Source: Breznakibacter sp. (GTDB taxonomy: Bacteria; Bacteroidota; Bacteroidia; Bacteroidales; Marinilabiliaceae). From it: a DNA stretch of 24,000 nt. Positions 1 to 7,581 of the stretch are shown in pieces (positions within the stretch are counted from its first letter, which is position 1; each line of letters starts with the position of its first letter). The stretch lies in NCBI GenBank assembly GCA_047600785.1, contig JASGKH010000002.1, positions 1,302,650 to 1,326,649 of the forward strand, written 5' to 3'. The translations under genes and the position numbers were made by a program. The notes beneath the pieces are model-generated. The model was not told the DNA's origin. It saw only the letters and a list, made by a program, of their open reading frames with translations, and made no database searches.

Positions 1-233
1 ATAAGCGAAAAGAGCGTTGGAAGGAAAAATAAAGCCATCATGTTCAACACAGTGGGAACCGGGCTATCGGAGAACGTAGGCACAGGGAACACGGGAGCAT
101 AGGCTCGCAAGGCATACGCAACGGAAAGATCCCTCTCCGTTGTCTTCTTTAACGTGGAATGAATCACAAAGGCCAGCTTTGCCGTAAATTGAGGCCATGC
201 CAAACCAATGAAACCGAATCCTGCTTTTTCCAA
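1..233 (-). CDS. Possible 5' end of an unidentified protein running off the left edge (start ambiguous: TTG 233 or ATG-ATG at 41/38)
   Basis: One minus-strand frame is open from about 287 to the window edge. It reads ...LEKAGFGFIGLAWPQFTAKLAFVIHSTLKKTTERDLSVAYALRAYAPVFPVPTFSDSPVPTVLNMMALFFLPTLFSL. The composition is protein-like, unlike the Cys-rich 64..291 frame. No family recognised and no clear start. Confidence 0.25.
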   Translation of the reverse strand, partial: MEKAGFGFIGLAWPQFTAKLAFVIHSTLKKTTERDLSVAYALRAYAPVFPVPTFSDSPVPTVLNMMALFFLPTLFSL

Positions 234-242
234 ATAAGTTGC

Positions 243-250
243 TAATTTTG
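243..250 (+). promoter_or_regulatory. Candidate Bacteroidota sigma-A -7 box TAATTTTG upstream of phoH
   Basis: Exact match to TAnnTTTG, 25 nt upstream of ATG 275. No good -33 TTTG at 19-21 nt spacing. Confidence 0.35.
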
Positions 251-274
251 GGGCAAAAAGGGATACTATTTTGT

Positions 275-352
275 ATGATCGAAAAACTCATCTATCTCGA
301 ATCGGTCGATTTGGTTGAATTTATGGGCGTAAAAAACACCAAGCTCGAAGAT
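275..352 (+). other. phoH: Displaced N-terminal segment of PhoH (MIEKLIYLESVDLVEFMGVKNTKLE), in a different frame from the ATPase body
   Basis: ATG 275 opens a frame whose first 25 codons look like the conserved PhoH N-terminus. That frame then reads DYPQPVSKIKNRRTRQLVESHGRR and stops at TGA 422..424. The PhoH sequence continues in the frame of ORF 402..1277 from about 351 (IIRSRFPKLKIVGRGNWLKAMGD). Confidence 0.6.
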
Positions 353-401
353 TATCCGCAGCCGGTTTCCAAAATTAAAAATCGTAGGACGCGGCAACTG
401 G

Positions 402-1277
402 TTGAAAGCCATGGGCGACGCTGAAGAAGTCGCCGCTTTTGAGGAAAAAATCGGTCAGTTGCTAGAACATTACAATCAATTCAATACACTTGATGAAAAC
501 CATCTGAATGAGATACTTACCAACGAAGGCATTGTATCTCTCCCCAAAAACGGCGATTCCGACACCGTTGTTTATGGTGTAAGCGGCAAGCCCATTAAGC
601 CGCGCACCGAAAACCAGCGAAAGATGGTCGAAGCATTCGAACACAATGAAATGTTGTTCGCCATAGGACCTGCAGGATCGGGCAAGACTTATCTGGCCAT
701 TGCACTGGCCGTAAAGGCATTAAAAAATAAACATATCAAGCGGATCATCCTTAGCCGTCCAGCTGTCGAGGCTGGCGAAAAGCTGGGGTTCTTGCCCGGT
801 GACATGAAAGATAAAATCGACCCTTACCTACAACCACTCTACGACGCGCTCATGGACATGATCCCTCCTCCAAAGCTGAAGGAATACATGGAAAACGGCA
901 CTATCCAGATAGCCCCGTTGGCATTCATGCGGGGACGGACATTGGGCAACGCTTTTGTGATCTTGGACGAGGCACAAAACACCACATCCAACCAATTAAA
1001 AATGTTCCTGACTCGCATGGGGCATAATGCAAGGTTTGTCATCACTGGCGATGTCACCCAAATAGACCTTCCGGCCCCTGAAAGTTCAGGTCTTTTGCAA
1101 GCCATGCGCATCTTAAAGGATATCAAAGGAATAGCCACCATTTTTTTCGAAAAAAAAGACATTGTACGCCACCGCTTGGTTCAAGACATCGTAGATGCCT
1201 ACGATAAAGAGAAACCAAAAGTAAAAATCAGTAAACCAAAAACCCACAAAGATGTTTATGAGGAAAAGCGGCCGTAA
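402..1277 (+). CDS. phoH: PhoH-like phosphate-starvation-inducible ATPase (body; ancestral N-terminus frame-shifted, see 275..352)
   Basis: Walker A GPAGSGKTY, Walker B-like FVILDEAQN and the PhoH block ITGDVTQIDLP. The frame is open upstream to 333 and already encodes PhoH-like FPKLKIVGRGNWLKAMGD, so TTG 402 / ATG 411 are not the ancestral start. Confidence 0.9.
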   Translation: MKAMGDAEEVAAFEEKIGQLLEHYNQFNTLDENHLNEILTNEGIVSLPKNGDSDTVVYGVSGKPIKPRTENQRKMVEAFEHNEMLFAIGPAGSGKTYLAIALAVKALKNKHIKRIILSRPAVEAGEKLGFLPGDMKDKIDPYLQPLYDALMDMIPPPKLKEYMENGTIQIAPLAFMRGRTLGNAFVILDEAQNTTSNQLKMFLTRMGHNARFVITGDVTQIDLPAPESSGLLQAMRILKDIKGIATIFFEKKDIVRHRLVQDIVDAYDKEKPKVKISKPKTHKDVYEEKRP

Positions 1278-1360
1278 GCTCCCGCATGGTTAACATGGCT
1301 CTTCCGCTAATGGCTTTGGGGCCCCAAACTCTGAACACAAAATATTAAAATCATAATCAA

Positions 1361-2311
1361 ATGGACAAAGCAATCGTACAAACCGACTTTCAATTTCCGG
1401 GACAGAAAAGTGTTTACAAAGGAAAGGTGCGCGACGTGTACAACATCGGCGACCAATATCTGGTAATGGTCGTGTCGGACCGTATCTCGGCATTCGATGT
1501 AGTACTTCCCAAAGGAATTCCTTACAAAGGACAAGTGCTCAATCAAATTGCCGCCAAGTTTCTTGATGCCACTTCCAATATCGTCCCCAACTGGAAAGTA
1601 TTGTCGCCCGACCCCATGGTGACCATCGGCCATATGTGTGAACCATTTAAAGTTGAGATGGTTATCCGCGGATACTTGACCGGACACGCATGGCGTGAGT
1701 ATAAATCGGGTAAACGCAGCCTTTGTGGTGTGCCCCTTCCCGAAGGGATGAAGGAAAACCAAAAATTTCCCCATCCTATCATTACTCCGACCACCAAAGC
1801 CGATGAGGGCCACGACGAGGACATTTCACGTGAAGAGATCATCGCCAAAGGCTTAGTAGGTGAAGCCGATTACGCAATGCTTGAAAAATACACCCTCCAG
1901 TTGTTCGAACGTGGGACCCGGATGGCTGCCGAGAAAGGGCTTATTTTGGTGGACACCAAATATGAGTTTGGCAAAAAGGATGGCAAGATTTACTTAATCG
2001 ATGAAATACACACGCCCGATTCATCGCGCTACTTCTATGCCGATGGTTACGAACAGCGTTTGGCCAATAACCAGGAACAAAAGCAATTGTCGAAAGAATT
2101 CGTACGTCAATGGCTGATCGAAAACGGTTTCCAGGGCAAAGAAGGCCAAACCGTTCCTCACATGAATGAAGACCGCGTGAGCCAAATATCGGAACGTTAC
2201 ATCGAATTGTTTGAGAACATTACCGGAGATAAATTCATGAAGGCCGACATATCAAGCGTAAAAAACCGCATCGAGACCAATGTATTGGCCGCATTCAAAA
2301 TGCTAGGATAG
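1361..2311 (+). CDS. purC: Phosphoribosylaminoimidazole-succinocarboxamide (SAICAR) synthase, long form
   Basis: 316-aa ORF with SAICAR synthetase blocks [17 protein letters not shown] and LVDTKYEFG. Confidence 0.9.
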   Translation: MDKAIVQTDFQFPGQKSVYKGKVRDVYNIGDQYLVMVVSDRISAFDVVLPKGIPYKGQVLNQIAAKFLDATSNIVPNWKVLSPDPMVTIGHMCEPFKVEMVIRGYLTGHAWREYKSGKRSLCGVPLPEGMKENQKFPHPIITPTTKADEGHDEDISREEIIAKGLVGEADYAMLEKYTLQLFERGTRMAAEKGLILVDTKYEFGKKDGKIYLIDEIHTPDSSRYFYADGYEQRLANNQEQKQLSKEFVRQWLIENGFQGKEGQTVPHMNEDRVSQISERYIELFENITGDKFMKADISSVKNRIETNVLAAFKMLG

Positions 2312-2347
2312 TGGTAATGTTTTTCCAACTAGAAGAGCCAGATAAGC

Positions 2348-2377
2348 AAAAAACGCCCCGAATTCGGGGCGTTTTTT
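2348..2377 (+). terminator. Rho-independent terminator after purC
   Basis: aaaaaaCGCCCCG-aatt-CGGGGCGtttttt. GC-rich 7-bp stem, 4-nt loop and T6 tail, 37 nt after the purC stop. The A-run on the other side makes it symmetric. Confidence 0.8.
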
Positions 2378-2485
2378 GCTAAACCCGGAGGAGACAGCGG
2401 ATACCTAACTTTCTTTGCAATGAGTAAGGCCAGTGTTGCCTTGCCGCCTTGTAGATCGCCCATCTTACTCTTAGGGAAAAATAAA

Positions 2486-2513
2486 CCCCAACTATCTTAA
2501 AAGACAGTTGGGG
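2486..2513 (-). terminator. Rho-independent terminator after nifJ (minus strand)
   Basis: CCCCAACT (2486..2493) pairs with AGTTGGGG (2506..2513). On the minus-strand transcript the hairpin is followed by UUUAUUUUU. It lies about 35 nt after the nifJ stop. Confidence 0.7.
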
Positions 2514-2546
2514 TCATTTTTATCACAAAATCAGACCTATGAACAG

Positions 2547-5500
2547 TTACTGTACCAATTCATAAGTCAATTCGGCCAAACGTTTGTACGAACTGTAACG
2601 CCATTTCGAATTTTCTTCTGCAGCTTTAAACAGTTCCGTCGCCTCGGCAGGGAAAGCTTTCAACAAGGCAGTATAACGTACCTCACCTTTCAGGAAACTT
2701 TGGAACTTGCTCCAATCGGGCTCTTTTGAGTCAAGCAGGAACGGATTTTTGCCTTCGGCTTCCAACATTGGATTGTAGCGGTACAAGTGCCAGTATCCAC
2801 ATTCAACGGCCAATTTGGCTTCATTCTGGGAACTGCCCATGCCGTGCTTCAGCCCATGGTTGATGCAAGGAGCATAGGCAATGATCAACGAAGGTCCATC
2901 GTACGCCTCGGCTTCTTTCAATGCCTTGAAATACTGTGTCTGGTTGGCACCCATGGCCACCTGGGCCACATATACGTAACCGTACGTGGTTGCCATCAGG
3001 CCAAGATCTTTCTTACGTACCTTTTTACCGGAAGCGGCAAATTTGGCCACGGCACCTACTGGAGTCGATTTTGAGGCCTGCCCGCCGGTGTTAGAATACA
3101 CCTCTGTGTCCATGACCAGGATATTCACGTTCTTACCTGATGCAATCACATGGTCCAGACCGCCGTAACCAATGTCATAAGCCCAACCGTCACCACCAAA
3201 TATCCACACCGATTTTTTGGGGAAATAGTCTTTAATGGCCAGCAATTCTTTTGCCACGGCGTGGCTCTCTTTTTCCAACGCTTTAACGGCAGCTTTCGAC
3301 ACCGCAGAAGTGGTGGAGCCGTTATCTTTGTTTTCCAGCCAAGCTTCAAAAGCAGCCTTGGTTTCAGCATTTACCTCGTTCAGCGTTTCTTTCATACGGC
3401 GCTCGATGCGGTCACGCATCACTTCGGATGCAGTCGCCAAGCCCAGGCCGAATTCGGCATTGTCCTCGAACAACGAGTTTGCCCAAGCCGGACCGCGACC
3501 ATCTTTTCCTGCACAATATGGAGTAGATGGGTTTGAACCGCCATAGATTGATGAACAACCGGTTGCATTGGCCACAATCATGCGATCGCCGTAAAGCTGG
3601 GTGATCAATTTGATGTATGGGGTTTCACCGCAACCCGCGCAAGCACCCGAAAATTCGAATAACGGCTGTGCAAACTGCGACGATTTCACGTTCATATCCT
3701 TGGCCGTAATGGTATCCTTAATGGTTACTTTTTCAGACAAGTACTCCCAACGCTCTTTTTCGACCATCTGACTTTCAAGTGGTTTCATTACCAATGACTT
3801 CACTTTTGATGGGCACACATCGGCACAGTTGCCGCAACCGGTACAATCAAGCACGCTCACTTGGATGCGGAACTGTACGTGTTCGTATCCTTTACCATTG
3901 GTTTTCTTGGTCACGGTACCTGCAGGCGCAGCGGCCAGTTCAGTTTCATCCAACAAGAAAGGACGAATGGCGGCGTGAGGACACACGTATGAACATTGGT
4001 TACACTGGATACAGTTATCCGATTGCCATTCGGGAACGTTCACTGCAATACCACGCTTTTCATAACGACTGGTACCTGCAGGCAAAGTTCCGTCTTCACG
4101 GTCGCGGAAGATGCTCACCGGCAAGTCGTCACCTTTTTGCGCATTGACAGGGAATACAAAATCACGGATGAACTCGGGCACATTACCGTTTGTTTCAGCC
4201 GGCTTGGGAGTCAATTTCACCCACTCGGCGGGAACTTCGATCTTAATCACATCACCGCCGCGGTCTACTGCCGCGTTATTCATGTTCACCACATCCTCGC
4301 CTTTTTTGCCGAATGACTTCTGGATGGCTTTCTTCATCTCCTTGACGGCCATGTCGTAAGGAATTACGCCTGAAATCTTAAAGAAAGCAGCCTGCATGAT
4401 GGTATTGGTACGATTGCCCAAACCTATTTCTTCGGCAATAGCCGTCGCATTGATGATATAAAGGTTGATTTGGTTTTCGGCCAGATATTTTTTCAAATCA
4501 TCCGGCAAACGTTTTTTGGTTTCCTCAACGTCCCAAATCGAGTTCAAAAGGAATGTACCTCCCTTTTTCAACCCTTTGTGCATGTCGTATACGCCCAAAT
4601 ACGCAGGTACGTGACAAGCCACAAAATCGGGGGTGTTTACCAAATAAGGCGAACGGATCGGATTGTCGCCAAAGCGTAAGTGCGAAATGGTGATACCGCC
4701 CGATTTTTTCGAATCGTATGCAAAATAAGCTTGGGCATATTTATCGGTCGTGTCGCCGATGATTTTTATCGAGTTTTTGTTGGCGCCCACAGTACCGTCC
4801 GAACCCAAGCCGTAAAATTTACCTTCAAAAGTACCTGTAGTCGCAAGGCTGATCTCGGGCAACAATGGCAGTGATGAAAAAGTCACGTCGTCCACAATCC
4901 CCACGGTAAAATGGTTTTTGGGCTCTTTCATGGCCAAATTGTCGTATACCGAAATGATCATGGCTGGCGTCGTATCTTTCGAAGATAGCCCATAGCGGCC
5001 ACCAACCACAAGAGGTGCATTTTCTTGTTCGTAGAACAAATCGCGCACATCCAAATACAAAGGCTCGCCATTTGCACCGGGCTCCTTGGTCCGGTCAAGC
5101 ACGGCAATGCGCTTACATGTTTTCGGGAACGCCTCAAAGAAATATTTTGCAGAGAACGGACGGTACAAATGAACGGCGATCAAACCTACTTTTTCACCTT
5201 TTGCCACTTTGTAATCTACGACTTCCTTAATGGTATCGGTAATTGAGCCAATGGCTACAATGACATGCTCGGCATCGGGCGCACCATAATAATCGAACGG
5301 ACGGTATTTACGTCCGGTAATCTTGTTGATCTCATCCATGCAAGCCGACACAACATCGGGAACCGCGTTATAAAACGAGTTGGAAGCCTCGCGGGCCTGG
5401 AAATACACATCGGGGTTTTGGGCCGTACCACGGGTTACAGGATGTTCGGGATTCAACGCGTTGTCACGGAAACGTTGAAGCGCCCCTTTGTCCAACAAGT

Positions 5501-6083
5501 TTACCAGCGCTTCCTGTTCCATTACTTCCACTTTTTGTATCTCGTGCGATGTACGGAAACCATCAAAAAAGTGCATGAAAGGAATCCTTGATTTGATGGC
5601 CGCCAAATGGGCCACGCCGGCCAAATCCATTACCTCCTGCACGCTTCCGGTAGCCAACATGGCAAAACCCGTTTGGCGCGCCGACATTACGTCGCTGTGG
5701 TCTCCGAATATAGAAAGGGCATGTGCGGCCAAGCTGCGTGCACTTACATGGAACACGCCAGGCAACAACTCTCCCGAAATTTTATACATGTTAGGGATCA
5801 TCAGCAACAAACCTTGCGATGCGGTAAACGTCGATGTCAACGCACCAGCTTGCAACGCACCGTGCACGGCTCCCGCCGCACCCGCCTCCGACTGCATTTC
5901 CTCAACTCTTACCGTTTCGCCAAACATGTTTTTGCGCCCCACAGCCGACCACTCATCAACGTTTTCGGCCATATTGGACGACGGAGTGATGGGGTAGATA
6001 GCTGCCACTTCGCTAAACATGTAAGCGATGTGTGCGGCAGCATAGTTACCATCACACGTGACAAATTTTTTTTCTTTAGCCAT
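2547..6083 (-). CDS. nifJ: Pyruvate:ferredoxin (flavodoxin) oxidoreductase, single-chain PFOR
   Basis: 1178-aa ORF. Two ferredoxin-type cluster motifs (CIQCNQCSYVCPH and CTGCGNCADVCP), a TPP-binding block GGDGWAYDIGYGGLDH, and the length typical of monomeric PFOR. Confidence 0.95.
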   Translation of the reverse strand: MAKEKKFVTCDGNYAAAHIAYMFSEVAAIYPITPSSNMAENVDEWSAVGRKNMFGETVRVEEMQSEAGAAGAVHGALQAGALTSTFTASQGLLLMIPNMYKISGELLPGVFHVSARSLAAHALSIFGDHSDVMSARQTGFAMLATGSVQEVMDLAGVAHLAAIKSRIPFMHFFDGFRTSHEIQKVEVMEQEALVNLLDKGALQRFRDNALNPEHPVTRGTAQNPDVYFQAREASNSFYNAVPDVVSACMDEINKITGRKYRPFDYYGAPDAEHVIVAIGSITDTIKEVVDYKVAKGEKVGLIAVHLYRPFSAKYFFEAFPKTCKRIAVLDRTKEPGANGEPLYLDVRDLFYEQENAPLVVGGRYGLSSKDTTPAMIISVYDNLAMKEPKNHFTVGIVDDVTFSSLPLLPEISLATTGTFEGKFYGLGSDGTVGANKNSIKIIGDTTDKYAQAYFAYDSKKSGGITISHLRFGDNPIRSPYLVNTPDFVACHVPAYLGVYDMHKGLKKGGTFLLNSIWDVEETKKRLPDDLKKYLAENQINLYIINATAIAEEIGLGNRTNTIMQAAFFKISGVIPYDMAVKEMKKAIQKSFGKKGEDVVNMNNAAVDRGGDVIKIEVPAEWVKLTPKPAETNGNVPEFIRDFVFPVNAQKGDDLPVSIFRDREDGTLPAGTSRYEKRGIAVNVPEWQSDNCIQCNQCSYVCPHAAIRPFLLDETELAAAPAGTVTKKTNGKGYEHVQFRIQVSVLDCTGCGNCADVCPSKVKSLVMKPLESQMVEKERWEYLSEKVTIKDTITAKDMNVKSSQFAQPLFEFSGACAGCGETPYIKLITQLYGDRMIVANATGCSSIYGGSNPSTPYCAGKDGRGPAWANSLFEDNAEFGLGLATASEVMRDRIERRMKETLNEVNAETKAAFEAWLENKDNGSTTSAVSKAAVKALEKESHAVAKELLAIKDYFPKKSVWIFGGDGWAYDIGYGGLDHVIASGKNVNILVMDTEVYSNTGGQASKSTPVGAVAKFAASGKKVRKKDLGLMATTYGYVYVAQVAMGANQTQYFKALKEAEAYDGPSLIIAYAPCINHGLKHGMGSSQNEAKLAVECGYWHLYRYNPMLEAEGKNPFLLDSKEPDWSKFQSFLKGEVRYTALLKAFPAEATELFKAAEENSKWRYSSYKRLAELTYELVQ

Positions 6084-6092
6084 TTTCTAATT

Positions 6093-6097
6093 CTCCT
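6093..6097 (-). promoter_or_regulatory. Shine-Dalgarno-like AGGAG 9 nt upstream of the nifJ ATG
   Basis: The minus strand reads cttAGGAGaattagaaaATG. None of the other start codons I inspected in the window (rho, rpoD, rpe, purC, helicase) has a comparable purine-rich core. Confidence 0.35.
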
Positions 6098-6171
6098 AAG
6101 TGTTTATAATACTCGAAACAATTTATTATTGAGTGTCAAATTCCCATTGACTTAACTACTTATTATTCTAA

Positions 6172-7347
6172 TCAATACAAAAAGCCGAATAACCACAGCG
6201 GGATTTGCTTGGCATCACCAAACTCGATCATATCGCGTACATAATAACCGGTTTTATCCTGGCTGCTTCCATTGGAGCGCCCCCCTACATGGAAAATATC
6301 TTTTCCGTTTACCATGAAATCGCCAATTTTAATGGCATCCATCTGATTACGGTAACTTACCTGATTATAAAAGAAGGTTTTATGCAGGATGGCGGGTTCA
6401 ATTTCGCCCTGGGCCAACGAAAAAACCAAGTTAGGATTTTGCATGTACACCATTGATGGTTTCTTCATCGGATCGTCCTCACCTTCATGAAGCAGGTTTA
6501 TCAGCTTGCCCTGCTTTAAATAAGTAAGGTAGTTCATCACGGTGGCACGTGATGTTTCAATATCGCTGCTCAGTTTACTCACGTTGGGTTGGAAAGGCGC
6601 CGAAAGACCAACAAGGTACAACAGCTTACGCAGCTTTGGCAAGTATTTTAACTCAATCTGTTGGAGATAACTGATATCGATCTCAAGAGTTAAATTTATG
6701 GTTTTAAGAATGTTCTCAAGAAAATTACGGTTCTCAAGAAAAAAAGGATAGTACCCCTGGCGCAAATAATCATTGAAATAAGCCAACGGCTTTACTTCTG
6801 AAACAATCTCACGCGCTATATCCTGGTGGTTTGCCACCACATCGTCGAACGAATAGCTGCAAAAGCCGGTCCCTGCCCTAAAATTCAGATATTCCCTGAA
6901 CGAAAAACCGGGCAAGTGGTACGCGTGCACTTTGTTATGCAATTCAGGGTTCCCTTCCTTCAACCGCATGACCGACGATCCGCTAAACACAATCTGGAGA
7001 TCGGGGAACGAATCGTAGCAATATGATAGTTCCTCAGACCAGTTGGGATATTTGTAAACCTGGTCAAGGACCAATGTTTTTCCTCCCGTTTTCCGAAACT
7101 CATCGGCAAACGATACGATCGAATTGATAGAAAAATAAAGATTATTAAGATTAATGTACAGGCACGACTTATCGATTCCGAATTTCCACTTGGCAAAATC
7201 TAACAAAAAACTGGTCTTGCCCACTCCCCTGGCCCCTTTTATCCCAATCAACCGATGGTTCCAGTCAATATTGTCCATCAATTGCCGATGAATGGGCAGA
7301 TCCAAATTTTCGATCAGCGATCGATGTGTGTCGAAAAATGTTTGCAT
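6172..7347 (-). CDS. AAA+ ATPase, AAA_14 / DUF4143-type architecture, function unknown
   Basis: Walker A GARGVGKTS and Walker B-like TLVLDQV. The overall layout is recognised from memory as the ATPase + DUF4143 family. I moved the start from the ORF-track ATG 7371 to ATG 7347 (MQTFFDTHRS...), because a -7 box at 7374..7381 would place the transcription start inside the longer extension. Confidence 0.75.
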   Translation of the reverse strand: MQTFFDTHRSLIENLDLPIHRQLMDNIDWNHRLIGIKGARGVGKTSFLLDFAKWKFGIDKSCLYINLNNLYFSINSIVSFADEFRKTGGKTLVLDQVYKYPNWSEELSYCYDSFPDLQIVFSGSSVMRLKEGNPELHNKVHAYHLPGFSFREYLNFRAGTGFCSYSFDDVVANHQDIAREIVSEVKPLAYFNDYLRQGYYPFFLENRNFLENILKTINLTLEIDISYLQQIELKYLPKLRKLLYLVGLSAPFQPNVSKLSSDIETSRATVMNYLTYLKQGKLINLLHEGEDDPMKKPSMVYMQNPNLVFSLAQGEIEPAILHKTFFYNQVSYRNQMDAIKIGDFMVNGKDIFHVGGRSNGSSQDKTGYYVRDMIEFGDAKQIPLWLFGFLY

Positions 7348-7373
7348 TCGTAAAAAAATCCAAATTGCCACAC

Positions 7374-7381
7374 AAAGTTAG
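7374..7381 (-). promoter_or_regulatory. Candidate -7 box TAACTTTG for the AAA+ ATPase gene
   Basis: The plus strand caaagtta is TAACTTTG on the minus strand, an exact TAnnTTTG match about 27 nt upstream of ATG 7347. Confidence 0.4.
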
Positions 7382-7457
7382 AATAAGCCCCCACTTAGAT
7401 GCTATTCAGACATTGCAAATTTAACCCATGACTGTTATTTATATTTATTAAAAATAA

Positions 7458-7494
7458 AAACAGCGGATCGACCAATGGGATCAATCCGCTGTTT
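7458..7494 (-). terminator. Rho-independent terminator downstream of rho (minus strand)
   Basis: AAACAGCGGAT (7458..7468) pairs with ATCCGCTGTTT (7484..7494). On the minus transcript the hairpin is followed by UUUUUAUUUUU. It lies about 90 nt after the rho stop. Confidence 0.7.
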
Positions 7495-7581
7495 ATAAAG
7501 CATTACTTTTTCAATTATTCGTGCCTAAAACCGTCACACTATCACGTGTAAATTTAAGTAGTAAATTGCACGATGAGAATA

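Noticed and set aside
42-233. I wondered whether GTGGGAACCGGG... marks a cobalamin-type or other riboswitch upstream of phoH or of the leftward gene.
   Set aside because: I could not find a B12 box or any other conserved riboswitch core (SAM, TPP, ZTP, purine) by eye. The resemblance is limited to a few nucleotides.
64-291. A 75-aa minus-strand ORF overlaps the phoH start.
   Set aside because: It is Cys/Arg/Phe-rich and non-protein-like. It overlaps the phoH promoter and start. The alternative minus frame looks more like a protein, though it too is uncertain.
2379-2485. About 105 bp lies between the purC and nifJ terminators, including a 44-codon minus-strand ORF (MGDLQGGKATLALLIAKKV...).
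   Set aside because: The ORF runs through the purC terminator hairpin and has no start context or promoter motif. It is most simply spacer between two convergent terminators. An sRNA cannot be excluded without expression data.
2508-6155. Many plus-strand ORFs of 60-180 aa (for example 3150..3536, 5488..5997, 5607..6155) lie opposite nifJ.
   Set aside because: All lie entirely antisense to a 1178-aa gene with unmistakable PFOR motifs. They have odd composition (Arg/Ser/Cys/His-rich) and no recognisable motifs, so they are shadow ORFs.
7348-7371. The ORF track gives N-terminal extensions for the ATPase (to 7371), rho (9502..9600), the 6-TM protein (17928..18011) and the GNAT (18949..19143).
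   Set aside because: The extensions are hydrophobic or aromatic junk without family similarity. They overlap predicted promoters, hairpins or operators, or the divergent phzF start. In each case a downstream Met begins the conserved sequence.
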